A stretch of 64,000 nucleotides of DNA from Takakia lepidozioides (Eukaryota; Plantae; Bryophyta). The translations under genes and the position numbers were made by a program. The notes beneath the pieces are model-generated. The model saw nothing but the letters and a program-made list of their open reading frames with translations, was not told where the DNA came from and did not search any database. Shown in pieces: positions 38,244-51,800 of this stretch. How positions within the stretch are numbered: the first letter of the stretch is position 1; each line of letters starts with the position of its first letter. Where the stretch lies: contig CM060732.1 of assembly GCA_030704615.1 (NCBI GenBank), positions 50,282,001 through 50,346,000 on the forward strand, in the 5' to 3' direction.

Positions 38244-41151
38244 ATGGGAGTGTTTGAAGCAGAAACCACTGCCTTTGAAGAGCAAGGCTCTTCACACAGT
38301 GAGGGTGGACTGGCAGTGCAACCCCAGTCTAAGAGACAGAGGCGGGGAAAGACTGTAGTGGCGGATCCACTGGCTTCACGGAAACCGCATGATAATGTTT
38401 CCCAAGCTCTTGTGCAAGAAGGGGCACAGCAGCACACAGAGCTGCTATTATTGGAAGCAGGGCCTTCAGAGAGGGAAGAGGAAGTCACTTCGATACCACA
38501 ACCACCACAACCAATTGACTCTGTTGTTTTGGAGGCTCCACAATTAGTATATGCTGTGGCATCATCACCAATTGCTCTGGAAGGAGAAAGGTTGGACATA
38601 CCAACTACAGAGCAGGTCGTGGCCGAAATTGAGAAGGGGGACCTTCTCTATGAAAATTCTAGTTTGGTCAGGGAAACAGTGATTCCGGAGGTGCAGCGGT
38701 TGTCCAGGGGAAACCCTGCTGTTGTTGTAATACCCACACCTCTGACGGAGGTACAACAGGTAGAATGTCAAGACACTGCAGCACCTGTAGCGGATGAGGT
38801 GGTTCAGGAAGAAAATCTGGTGGGGCAATGGCCTGAATGGTTTGTGAGGCATCACACTGTTGAGGATTAGGGAGAACAGCAGCAAGCTCACCATGATGAC
38901 CCTCAACAGACCATGCTTATGAGTTCCATAACCAGGACACTTAATTTGTTGGGCACTTATGTCAAATCCCATGTTCCAACTACCCAATTGGCAGTTTTGA
39001 GGGAGGAACTCAGGAAGGAGTTTGAGGCTCGACTTGCCACTGAGTGTGCAAAGTTGATGAGGAGGTCACTATCAAATTACAGCAAGAGTTAGAGGATACA
39101 ACAGCTGCTTTGCAATTGGCCAAGGAACTTTGATTGAAGCAGGCCTCGCGGAGGACCAGTTGCACGAAGCACATAAGCAACAGCTATACCAAATGCAGGT
39201 GAAGCATGAGAACAAGTTGCAAGAAGTGAATGCACTACATACGGAGTTACAGACGGTGCATGACAGGATGACCATACAATGTGCTACACTCACAACTACG
39301 CTTGAGCAAACTACATTAGAAGTTAACAGCCAAGCGGAAAGATGTATAAAGGCACAGACAGATAATGTCGAGCAGACAAAACTCATTATTGATATGAAGA
39401 ATACAATCTGTCATAATGAGAATACTTTCAAGCAATACAGGCAAGTTGAAGCTGACCAAGAGAGGTACATCTTGGAATTGCAACAAACGGTCATGGCCAA
39501 TAGAAATGAGCTCTCTGTCACTAACAAGGCTTGGAGGGAAGCCAATAATCTGCTTGCTGCCTATGCGAGTTTGGTTGAACCTCATGCGAAGCGCATGGAG
39601 GCTTTACAGCAGTAGTTAGATATGTACAAACTCAGAGAGGAGCAGACTCTCAGAGGTACCACAACCAACTTGGTGGATAACCACTTTCTGCAGGTTTGGT
39701 TAGCACAAGGACAGGTGGAAGGCAAAGCACCACGGAAGCTCACCCAAGGCGAGATGAATGAGCTCAGACTGCAGGTGCAGAACATTGCCACAACTACTAT
39801 AGACAATGTCTATAGTAGGATAGCGGAGTTACAGGAGGATGTAGACGGCCTGCAGACTCAGGTGGAGGACCTCACTTCAAATATCGACAAGAAAGTCTTT
39901 GTATCTGAGGAGCAGCTGATGGCTTCTTATTTACAAGCCAGAACTCTAGCTTTTCAGTCTTCCTCGCAGGGGTTGCAGGAGATGCCAGTGGTACAAGAGC
40001 CAGTGCTACCAATACCACAACAAGTGACTGTGCCAGTAGCTGACCCTGTTGTTACTACAGCCACACCACAGCCGCCACAACCTGAGGTATGGGGGGATGC
40101 TGCTTTTAACCCACCAAAAACTCCTGCTGCACGGGAGTACAATCGGGCTATGATTATGCCCTTCAACCAAATTCCAATTGTGTTGGATTTGGCTTGGAAG
40201 GAATTTAGTCCTCCACAGTCGTTGGCACATTACTACCAGATCATGCGCATTTGGCTGCCAGTGGCAACTAGGACTAAGGTTCTTCCGAACAATTGACCCA
40301 TTGAGGATCATCACTTTGCGAGGTACTGGCATGAGGCAAGTACCAGGTTGAAGGAATTAATTGCCTTCCAAGTTGTACATGGATTCATTTATACCAAGAC
40401 CAAGGAGGTAGCAAGTATTGTCATGGGCTGCGGGCTATATTACGCTGCTTGTTTTCTGGCACGTTATCACATTGAACAGCAGAAGATGCAATCGCGCTTT
40501 CTGAGTTATTCCAGTGGGGATCATTGGATCTTACCTGCAGTGCCACCTCATATGTACCTATATGAGGCAAAAGTTATGATGCAAAAGGATTCTCAAATTC
40601 GTTCATGGTTTCATGCGGCCTGGAACAATTTGTCAACACAGAAATTCGGGCCTGACGATATTTTCTTTAAGGGCCATGAGGCATGGAAAAACTTGCACAA
40701 TTCACAAGTCATTGGTACACCACTCACTTGGACAGACAAGGAGTTCAGGGTCTTCACCAATTTTGCAATTCAACGCTTATAACAAGTTTTACACATTAAA
40801 CTTCCAGACATGGTGGGACCACATTGTATGCCCCAGAGGATTCCAGTTAGAGTTCGACCGTTAAAACACCTCAGGGGGGAAGACGATTCTGATACTACTG
40901 GTTCTTCAGGGGACTCTTTTGACATGGCAGAGGACTATGCAATTCAGATGGCAGAGAAGAAGCGACGGGGGTCTCCTATGCCTGAAAGATTACCTCGATA
41001 TCAGCCAAAGGAAGGACTGACATTTCCAAGTAGTGCTCAATCATCTCCCTCAACTAGTGACAGGACACGGGCTCGCACACGGAGTCCTTCACGAGACTCT
41101 CAACGTCACAAGGGTGCTCGTTCACAAAGGTTTGCAAATCCCAAACAGTAA
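38244..41151 (+). pseudogene. Long extra ORF (~950 codons, coiled-coil rich) in the 3' internal region of an LTR retrotransposon
   Basis: ORFs at 39130, 39622, 40348 and 40810 share one frame, separated by single stops. Content is Q/E/L heptad-rich. A PPT and LTR follow immediately. Confidence 0.65.
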
Positions 41152-42596
41152 ACCGTGAGGACACAACTTTTTGAGAGGAGGAGGGGTAAATGTTAGAGGG
41201 CTGCTTGGGACTTAGACGCTTTTACGGGATCTGTGGGGTACCCTTAATTTTTACACAGACTGAGACCAACAGGAGCCTTAGGGGTGACAGCAACAGGCTT
41301 TAGGGGGAAAGATACACAGCCCAACACAGTCCATCACAGTCCAACACAGCCGACATAGTCACCACAGCCGTCACAGCTTCGCACAGCCAACACAGCCAGT
41401 CACAGCCCGACACAGCCGCCACAGCTTCGCACAGCCCTACACAGCCCGACACAGCCAGTCACAGCCCGCCACAGCCTGATACAGCCAGTCACAGCTGGGG
41501 AACAATTATCATTGGCAGGGAACGACGGTGGGGGAACGACATCTGAAAAAGGAACGTGTACTACAGGGATGACGGTCAGGGATGCCTCGGCGTGAGCCTG
41601 GTCACGTGAGCGCAACTGCGCTCACGCCAAGTCACCTTGCGCAAATGCCACGTCACGGGGCTCACTCCACGTCATCACACGTGAAGGCCGCGTCACCACG
41701 CGCCCAGAAAGAAGTGGAGTGTATTCCCGCGGATTGACACCCTTTACCGCGGAAACAAGCTGGACGACATAATAAAAGGCATTGAATAAAGGATGGATGA
41801 ATGTACAATTGGATGATAAACAGATGGATGAGTGTGAAAAATGAATGTAGATGGATGAATGAGGGATGGATAAGAGTAAAATGGATGAATGTATAATGGA
41901 TGTTGAGCAATGACAAAAATTCATGACAGGAAGATGCATGACCAAATCTTTTGACGAATGCACCTCGTATATGAAATGAGTGTGGAAGGTTTGTGGGGTG
42001 GATTAAAGAGTACAGAGGATGAATGTACAATGGATGTTGTACAAAGGAAAAAATTCATGAATGGAGCACGCATGAATACAGTGTAGATGAATGCACAATG
42101 GATATGAGAAGAGTCAGGGAGGTTTGTGAGATGGATTCATACATATTGCAATTTAAACGAAAGTTGATTCTGTGATTATTATTTGTTCTAAAGGAACAAC
42201 TACGGTGGAGGAAGGGGATTCAACGTTTTCCAGATAATATGAAAATGAATAATAAAAGAATACAGTTCAGTCTGACTCAGAGTCAGTACAATGTATCCCC
42301 GCTTCCTCTGCATCTAAGTCTAAGTATTCTAGAACACCGGATCCACGCTGGATACACCTACGGCTGGCCACTAAAAAGTCAGGGGATAGGGACTCGGCCG
42401 CGTGAAGTGCCATTGCCTCGGCATAAACAGGAAGAAGAAAATTGGAAAGGGGGCTGTCGAAAACAGACTCGCCAGAAATGACTGTATCTCCTGAAGATCC
42501 ACCGCTGCCTTTCCTGAAAGACAGCCTGAAAAAGTTATTACTGTAACTTTGATGTTATCGAGAAATTGAGTATGAGTCCCAAAGAGGGTTTAGCAC

Positions 42597-43695
42597 TTAC
42601 TCACATGAAAAGTCGTTGTCGACCTGCTTATCTTCGGGATCGTCATCATTTCGAATTTGAATCCGATCAGTCTGTGTGCCTGAAGTGGAGCCAGACAAAA
42701 GGGGGAGGAGCACTGTGTTGTAGAGGTCAGAATCACCCTCCATGCCAAAAAGGCTTCTTCCGCCTGCCTTGCATGCGTGGTAAGTTGCTCCTGCACCAGA
42801 CAGGAGAACATGAACAGTTTGGAGGGGGGGATTTAAGCAGATGAAACTGTTGAAAGGAAACCAATTCGGAAGGGAAAAAACGAACCTGTGGACACAGAAA
42901 GATCGACCACCCGTGCAGAGCGGTGGCTGCATGACTCCAGCAGTATTTGCATGAATGCTGGTGACTTTTCCTTTGCACCTCTCCAGGGAGTGCCATCTGG
43001 TCTCTTCAGAGTCTGACTGGACTGCATGAAGTTGTACAAAATGTCATCGACATGGGGCTCATAGGGGGGGTTGACGAAACAACCCTGGTCAGAAATCTCA
43101 AAGCTGCGAATGGAGGATGGTGTCTTTGAGGTGCGAATCCTCCGCAGGCAGATCGCCTCGAACATCCTCGTCTGGCAAAGATAGCAGGTTAGTGTGGTAA
43201 ACACAATCTATAGTGGAAGTGTGTACATCGGCTATTCAGAACTCTGACACAAAAAAATCATGAATCGGTGATGATCGGTGTCGATCATAACACATTCTAC
43301 TAGAGTGGAGCTGCAGAGAAAATTGAAACTCATGATCAAAGCACAAGCAAAAGGGAGACGGCATACCAGCTGACCAGGGAAACCCCCTTTCACAAGGTAG
43401 AGGCTGTTCACACAATTCCATGTGCGCAAAACTTCAAACCCTGAAGACTTGAGGTATGATGCCAATGCCCGACGACTATCATTGTCACATGACTGAAAAA
43501 GCAGAAGTGTCCCTGCATCAGAGAGGAAGTTGTTGCAGAACCCGAACACCCAACTCCAGTAGTTGTCCTCGAATTGTTCCAGCCTGGCGTCTTGCCCTTT
43601 GGAAGAACTTCTGGCACAGCCTGGCCATCCGGGATGTCGAGAATGACAATGTCGGCCGCATAAGTTTTCTGCACACCGCACACGAAGGTGGGACC
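42597..43695 (-). pseudogene. N6_N4_Mtase-like domain (motif IV, TRD, motif X/I order)
   Basis: Aligns by eye to the consensus DLIFTDPPY...L.PGG...QKP..LLERLI..SS..GD.VLDPFAGSGTT..AA...GR..IGIE.D. Confidence 0.72.
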
Positions 43696-44609
43696 TGTGC
43701 TCACCTGCAACAGACATGTTTTTTATAAGAACGATGGCAAGATTGTTTTCAAAGAACGAGACTGAAATACTGCCAACGAAACTTTCAGAGAAAAAGGAAA
43801 GAAACTGGAATTCTCACCAGATTGAGGAATGAGATTATATTGTCCCAGGTAGGGGATGGCACCCCAGTGTATCCTCTCTTTCGACTCTGCATCATCGAAA
43901 GCCAACCCTCATTAACAATTTTCATCTCTCCTGCGGAATCAGAACGGGAAGGGTGTGGCTTGGCATCGAACACGCACTGAAGAGTGCGGGTATATCTTCC
44001 AGCAGTAAAGTCCTGCCCACTCTCCATCTCCTTTTCATTCTCCTTCCCCTTGTCCTTTTCCTTCTCTTTGGACTTGTCTTTGTCCTTTGGCTTTGCTGGT
44101 GAGATGGCTATGACATCAACAGCCTTGTCTTTTGGTTTGCGGCCCGCCTTCTTTCCCTTCTGCGGCGTTCCCTGAGCATCAGGCTCCTTGGCAGCCAACG
44201 TTGCTATGTTTCGTTGATACTCTTCGTCAGTCAAAGGCGCCAGCATCTCAGCGTTATTGTTCAAGTATTTCATATGCTGTTCTTGAAAGGTCGTGTGCTC
44301 CGGTGGGCAGTCAAGGTACCAGCCACAGTCTCTGAAGTGAGAAGGACTCCAGTCCTTCAATATCCCTGCAGTATACATGGTTGGATCGTTTGCAGGGTCC
44401 GACCACATGTCAAGATAGTCGGGAATTCCGCTCAGGTGATTTCCTTCCATAAGCACATATTTCGTGTACCTGAAAAAAGGAGATAAATCCCAACCCACAA
44501 AAGCGCTCAGTGAGTAAGATGCAAGTAGAACAGAATGAAAAAAACATAGATTGAAATGGCTCTGAGAACTGCTCCAAGGACCTTTCAGGACCACACTACT
44601 GCTCCAGAT

Positions 44610-45333
44610 ATGAATGTCGTCAACGCCATTCAGAACATTCCATTCAATGATACTGTAAATACACCCCAATCCAGGTGAATGCAAATTATCGTTTAGGAAT
44701 GACACAGACATAGAAGTGAATGTCGTCAACGACATTCACTAATGAAGCCAAATTATTACTTAAATGAAGCAAAATCACAGGATGGAAATCAAAAAATCGA
44801 GTAAGGAACCCACCAGGAAAACTCAATGCACATTCATAACGAACATATCACTGAGGACCTCACAACATCACTGTATGTGAATGGCGTCAACGCCATTCAC
44901 AAAAATACCAAAAAGAAACCAATTACTTAGCTCCCAATCCATGTAAATTCAATTTGTCGCTGTTGAATAATACAGACACAGCAGTGAATGTCGTCAACGA
45001 CATTCACTTTGGATTTCTCATAACAGAGCTTATCAAGCCTCCAGATTCCTCGCAAGAGGCAAAAACAATGCAGAACAACTGAATGTCTGCATTGACATTC
45101 AGCAAAATGAAGTGAGGAACCCTCACTGTAACCTCTATGGACATTACAAAAATTTACATAACTCTGAGGACCTCTCAACAACTCCGTATGTGAATGTCGT
45201 CAACGCCATTCAAGGACATTATCAATTCTAATCAGGGACAATATAATTGCACCCTTAGATCCTAACCAGGTGAATTCATATACTCGCTTAAGAATGACTC
45301 AGACAAAGAAGTGAATGTCGTCAACGACATTCA
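44610..45333. repeat. Intronic array of six 22-24 bp palindromes GTGAATGTCGT-CA-ACGACATTCAC
   Basis: Copies at ~44610, 44716, 44877, 44984, 45190 and 45311. Confidence 0.92.
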
Positions 45334-47195
45334 ATCTGGATCTAAGATTGCAATCCATATGAAGCCACATTTTTCCCAAAAAAAACAGTAGAGTTTCAAG
45401 TATGACATTGCACCTGTACACAACTCGCATCATGGCCCACTCTCCTCCAACCTGACTGTCAAAGTCGTTGGACCGTAAAATGTTACCATCTTTGGAGAAC
45501 TCCCGGAAAAAACAGTATCTCCAGGTGAGACCTCTCCACTTCCTTATGTATGCCTCCAATGACATTTGGGGAGGGGAAACAATCGAAATGTTCAGGTCCT
45601 TCAAAGTCTGATCCAGCACAATGACGGCGCGCTTTTCGAGCTGCAAATAGTATATTTGTCAGAATTGCAAAAAGAGATAGTCATCACATACTTGAAGAGA
45701 AGAAAACAGCATGTTCGAATACACACCTGACTCCAAAATGTAGCCTTGTGGAGCCAGTTATCAAACACCAAATCACTGATTCCTTCCACCTTTGTGCCAG
45801 GCTGTATGGTGCTCTTTGGGAACTGATTCAAGTCCTTTACTGTTTGATCTGAGTTCCATATCTCCAGCCACCTTATTTTTGTTTGTGGGTCGACCATCGA
45901 TATGGCCAGCCGGTGCAATTTCTCCTGCTGCATCTCCGGATGCACATGCTTGTCATAGTGTGTTTTGATCTGCTGAAGGAACTCAGGACCAAGTCCAGGA
46001 TCTACTATTCTAAGCTGCTTTCCGAAGGCTGACATCAATTTGGTTCTTCGCATTTCAAACTCCTTCTTTATTGCAGCTTCCACACCCTTTGATGTCCTTA
46101 GTTCTTCTGGTGTAGTGCGGTAATATTCGGATTTTCCCTTCTCAGCTGCCTCTGCCAGTTCTTGCTGCATTCATTCAAGTAGTGATTAGCTCCGAAGGGA
46201 CTACAAACATGTATTCGAAAAGTAAACAGAGTACAGACTCGGGCTTACCGCATACATGTACTCCAGAAACGCCTCTCGTGTCAAAGAATACCAAGTGCCT
46301 GCAGCTCTTCCTGTTTCGCACTTCTTGATGATATTGGGTGGTAGTACTGTCCGAAAATCATCCAGCTTCATCAGACCAATCCTCTGAATTCGGAATAGTG
46401 TGTGAACCAAGCTTGTTGTCACATGCGATTTCTCTGTCGATCTGCAAAAACATTGGAAACATTGCATTCCTTAACACTGTTTTTGAGATTAATAAGACAC
46501 TACAGAGGGAATGAAATCTCCTGGATGACTTACTTGTTCACGTCGTGCATAGCTGTAAGAAGCCTAGCGATGTCGTTTCCAGGATCCAAAACCATTGCCT
46601 CCACAGCAACATGCTTGTCTTTGTCTTTCGAATGGTGTTTCTGAATGTATCCCATCCATGCCAGCAATCGGTGGTTGCCGTCCCAGACGTAGAACATGTG
46701 GTTGCAGAATTGCTGGGTGTTCTTTCCCATCATGAGGCCCAGCTCGAACTCCTCATTGGCATCTTTCCAGCACTCATCCCAGTTATCACTGATCTCTGGA
46801 GACACTAATGTGCTTTTCCCATTTATATCCGTCAGTGACACATAAAAAACTTGTGCACCAAGTCTATATCCATGCACAAAATCACTCTCCAATTTTGTTA
46901 TGTCATGGGAAAGAGGTGGACGCACAACAGGCATTGATATCATCCGGCACAGAGGTATGTCCAGACGCCCTCCAGATACGAGCATGTCCCTTATAACCTC
47001 CTGAGAGTTTACCTTCTGGAATGACATGAGTTCTTTCACCTTGTCAAGGTAGTGCACTTCGGATTCATCTGCTTCATCTGTATTCTCTGAGGACTCGTCC
47101 CCATCTCCAGATCCTTTCCCCTCTGATCCTGTAGGCTTCGACCTCACAGTTTTCTGCACGATGCCATTCAGTTCTGACTGAGTGATTTGCAAATA

Positions 47196-47626
47196 GTGAA
47201 TGGCGGTAACGACCATCACTCTGTCTCAAAGAAACTCACCATGAATGGTGTGACAGAATTCAACACAAATCACAACAGATAACGACCTGCCGGATCGGTG
47301 TTGTGTAATGACATACATGTGCAACTGATTGGCGGCAACGACATTCAGTGTAGTTTAGGGCGGATAGTAAGTGTCGACTCTCTCTTCAAACACATAGGTA
47401 CATAAATTTCATGAGGAGAATCGAATGGCGTTAACGACGCTCGCAATTCAGTAGTTCCTGCTAAAGAAGGGAAGAGGAAGGACTCCTTGAAAGGCAATCA
47501 GACAGACTGTATGATCTGAACACCAGTGAATGACTGTACCGATAGTCACCAACTCATTGTGCTGTAAACCCTTCGCAGAGGAGTAGAAAGCAAATCACCT
47601 TTGTGATTGTCGGTAGCGACAATCCC
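47196..47626. repeat. Degenerate copies of the same palindrome in intron 1
   Basis: Copies at 47196, 47326, 47423, 47526 and 47603 (e.g. gtgattgtcggtagcgacaatc). Confidence 0.7.
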
Positions 47627-48845
47627 TGTCTGGGACATTCCACTCAATCTCTACGCATATCTTCAACAATGAAATGTAAGTTAGATAAAACTTACTGGCA
47701 CCTTCTTAGGTTTTGAAATTTGATCCCCTTCTGCAGCTTTCCTCTTCCCTCTCACATCTGCTGGAATTTCTGTCTGCGCTAGGGTTTCTTGACCTTCTCC
47801 CGGTTCGGCGTTCCGCGTGCTTCCACCTTCTTCAGTGTCCCTGCGAATCATCTCTGCCTCCACAGGCTGGCGCACTCTTATCGCCGACTGTGTCACAGCC
47901 GCTGCCTCAGTCTCCGTCTGCTCTTGTGAATCAGTCTCCGCGTTCACCTGCTGCCTTGGCCCTGTGTTCTCCAACAAACGACGCCTCGTCATTTTCTCTC
48001 TTGCTCTGCGTCTCTCTCTAAGGGAAGTAAAATAAAGAGACTTTCTTCTCTTTCGTATTCTAGAAGGAACCCTCTCCAGCTTGACTACCACTCTCCCTCT
48101 AAGCGCGAAAAGTAGAAAAAACGCAGTGACTCCCGATTTCTTGCGGGATTGCCTGCGTTCTTGCGTGTCTCTAGAAGCATCGGATTCCCTCCCGCGTGAC
48201 CGTTACACATAGTCGTTCCCTTATTAGTGCACATGCCAGCAATTGGTGTACAGCTGTTCGTATTCAGTTATGGATGTCTGACGTGTGTCGCCCAAAAAAA
48301 CGGCGTGTTCTTTATTAGAACGGTTTCAATATTTAAAAATAACAGCGAATCCCAGAAATCTTGGCGCACAGTCTTACACAAATAAATGTAAATGAACGAG
48401 AGTTTGATGACAAATTTTGGAATATCATACACGGTCATCCTTGTTAGCCAACCCCACATTCGTTTCACATTTGAACTTTCCAGGTGCGCATGATCATTGG
48501 TAGTAGTATAAAGATACATTTACTTAATCTGCAATCCCATTCTCAGATCCTGTGGCATGCTTCCAGGAAGTCGGCTTTGTTATTGGGTTTATTGATGAGG
48601 TTCTGGTTAACGGTTTACAGCTGCCGACACTGCACCTAGGGATACTCTGACCACTGGGCCCACAAGAAAAGTAATTAAAATGGACGGCTGCATATCTGGA
48701 AAGAATAACATAATATGCACAGTCGTTATCTGAGCTTCCTCCGCCATATTCTCTGCTCATTCTTCAACTGTGTTCTGGAGACAGCAGTAAACCGATTTAC
48801 ACTAGATCTGCGATAGCAAGGTACAAACGTACGCGAGGAAGGAAG

Positions 48846-51800
48846 ATGGCTTCCTCTGAAGCGGAGTTCTTCTCTGACGACAAACCAGTGCCGTTCTCCC
48901 AGGAAGTCCTTGACAATGGATTTGCAATTGTTCTGGAACATGTCTTGGCTACCCGTTTTCAGCTGCAGAATGGCTCCATCTTTTTGGAGAAAGAGGTGTA
49001 CGATCTTAAAGGGAAGTTGGTGAAATATTCTTTCCAAAACCGTGATGAGACGGCTCATATCAGCCAGTGGAGAGTGCGTCCTGGTCGATACAGAGTACTT
49101 GGAGAGCCTCGGCGAAAGTCCCTTGGGTCATATGTGACGCCCGGGACTGCTGCTTCGGTCGTTGAAGACAAGAGGGAGGTGGTGGTGAAAAAAGAACAGA
49201 CGTCCTCCACTCCAATCGTTGAGCTTTCGGATTCTTCCGATGATGACATAAGTGAAATTCCAAATCCAGTCCTTCCTACTGTGGTTGGAGAAGCTGATGA
49301 AGAAGAGATTTGTAGTGTCATTCCAAAATTGCGGGCGATGGGAGGAATGGCTGGATTCAAAAGTGAGTTGCGGGGAATTGATTGGGAATCTTTGAAGCAG
49401 GTGCCTGTGAAGTTCTTGCCGGAGACTTTTGATGGCGATATCCTATTCGAGCTGCCTCCTCCTCCGCGAGTTGGAGGTGTAACAATCATGATGCATGGAA
49501 TGGACAAGAAACACGACGGGCACCCGTGGTGCAGAACAAAAACATCCAATATTCAGAATGATGACAAGCTTGTTTTCAGGAGGACAGTTTGCAATGGACA
49601 CCTTAGGTGTGATAATTTGAATTGCAGACACTTTCTTCAGTCTGGGGTTCATAATCAAAGCGAATGGGAGGGTCTGGCGGAAAATCCATTTCAGCCTGGG
49701 ACTGCCCCTCCACCGGCAAACACTTTCGTCTGCAAATTCTGCAAACTTGTGCCATCCTGTTGGCGCTCTGCGGAGCAAGAATGTACTATGTTGTCCACCG
49801 TTTGAATACAATGACAAGAGCTTGTGTGCATTTTGGATTCCATAACCATCCTGTCTCGAAGGGGGATTACAGGGAGAGTGTTGAGACAGTATCGAGGTTG
49901 ATCAAACAGGAGTTCGGGAGAAACCCATCCGCAACAACATCTGCAATTGCTCTTGGCGCAAGCAAGTCCTTCTTGGAAAGCCATATTTTGAGTGAAGGAG
50001 ATTCTGTGGGGACTAAACTTGACGGTGCAGCATTGGACCTGGTCATGGATCATTTCTCCACTTTAAGTTCACCTAACATTCGGCATCAGATCAATGCATT
50101 GAGAATGGGCTCTGGGATCAGAGGCTACATAGACAATATTTTGGAATTGAAACGAGTGAGCAAGTACGATTACATCCAGGACAATGTATTCCCAGGTCAA
50201 GGTGCCATCAAAGTTTTTCTTTTCAAAATGTCGACTGTTGGGGAGGGCAGTGGGGTTAGCCTCGTGAAGCGGATGCAGAAGACTGGGGACTTGCAGAACT
50301 GTTTTCTTATGTTTGATCATGTGAAACGAGTGAAGGATTGGACGACAATGGCTTGTCATGTCTACGATCCAGTGTACCAACGAGTTATGACAATTGCAGT
50401 TTGTGACATGCAATCCGAGGATACGGAATCCCAGAAGCTCATGTGGAATTCCCTGATACGTGTCATGGGCTGCCATGGGCTGCCATCTCCAAATTTCGCA
50501 GGTTTCATGGCGGATAGTGCTCAAGCAAATTTCAATGCTGTTCGTATTGTCTTCGGATCGGGCGACCCAAAAGTGCCTATGCCAGGAAGAGAGCGTACAT
50601 GTCTATTCCATTGGACACAATCTCTGGAAAAACATACAAAGTCGGACATCAAACCAGAGATGCAGACTCAGCACCGTAAATTGTGCAAAGAGTACAAAGA
50701 TGCTAGAACAATGAAGGAGGCGGACACTTTGTTCCAGACAATTCGTGCCTGGTGGTTCTCTTCTGGAGCTGCATCACTTGAGAGTATGAGAGCATTGGAA
50801 GATTGGCTGGCGTTTTGGCACTTCCGGTATAGACAGTGGGGAGCAGCCATGACAATGGTACGAGGCTTCTATTTCATGCTTTATTCATACATTTGCTTTC
50901 CATATTTTTGACTCATTGCTTTCTTTATGTTGTTTCCTGTGCACTGTTCTGAAGTGTGGTTATCCTCTTTGCAGAACATGTCCATTGAGGAAATGGCGGA
51001 CATGCCATCTTGCAATTTGGCAGAAACTGTGCACAATGCATGGTTGCAGCAGTCTGGGAAACGAGGTCGGGATTTGTATGTGGCAACAACAGATGATTTG
51101 ATACGTGCCTTGCAACAACAAACCCGATACCGTGATTTCTTACGAGGTGGGGTTGGTGGCAAGGGTCCGGACAAATGGGAGTTGATGTTGCGTGCTGCAA
51201 ACAGATCTGGGGATCCAATCAAGATAGCACGGGCGGTGAGCATGTATGCCCAGGGAACGCCACTTGTTTCTAGAGTTCCACATCTTGAAGGGGAGGAGAG
51301 ATTCGGCTCCTGTAAGAGGAAATTGAACACTCCACCTGGTTCGGATTCAGATTCCCACAGGGCAGACCGTGATAACTTCTCGAAGCCTCGTGTTCCCCTG
51401 CATGACAGCTCCATGTCCGGAACCTCCATTGTGGAGGAACCTCCATTGTGGAGGAACCTCCATTGTGGAGGAACCTCCAACACGACGGCAAGCTCCAGCA
51501 TCAAACAGTGCCACTGAAATGGTGCAGGAGAGAAACAACCCCCTTGATGTGCTTGAGTCCGCATGCCCCGACCACGTTTGGCACATAGAACGCACAAGTG
51601 TAGGGTCTCGTGTGAAATGTACAGCGATCAGGGCAACTAATTTCGAGAAGTGCACTTCATCTATATCCAGAGGTGGTGCCCGAACTCCTGCTCCGACTTT
51701 CACGGGCTTGATGCGTCCATACGGTCAACCAGAAGCCAAGAACCACAAGTTCTGGTTCTGCGCAGATGATTGTGCCAGATGTGTGCATGGAACTGTGCGT

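Larger units (their letters stand above)
42597..48091 (-). pseudogene. ~9-exon cargo gene: ParB-like domain plus beta-class N4C/N6A DNA methyltransferase-like domain
   Basis: Exon 47180-46533 has FYVWDGNHRLLAW. C-terminal exons give ADIVILDIPDG, FLSDAGTLLLF, PWRGAKEKSPAFMQILLESCS and spliced VVDLSVSTG|ATYHACKAGGRSLFGMEGD. GT-AG introns at 43366-43172 and 42885-42791. Frameshifts at ~43905 and ~43570. Confidence 0.75.

Noticed and set aside
37635-38599. ORFs spanning the N run
   Set aside because: Artefacts of translating the assembly gap.
41521-41527. AACGACG as the left TIR matching the right-end CGTCGTT
   Set aside because: No TSD there. The 12-bp duplication and homology with the 24.4 kb element place the end at ~41579.
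43060-43075. NPPY as the catalytic motif IV of the cargo methyltransferase
   Set aside because: It lies in the variable TRD region; the position expected for beta-class motif IV is DIPD at ~43635. Probably coincidental, pending an alignment of homologs.
44610-45333. CRISPR array
   Set aside because: The palindromic repeats look CRISPR-like, but the spacers are long (80-180 bp), unequal and partly homologous to one another, they lie in a spliceosomal intron, and no cas genes are present.
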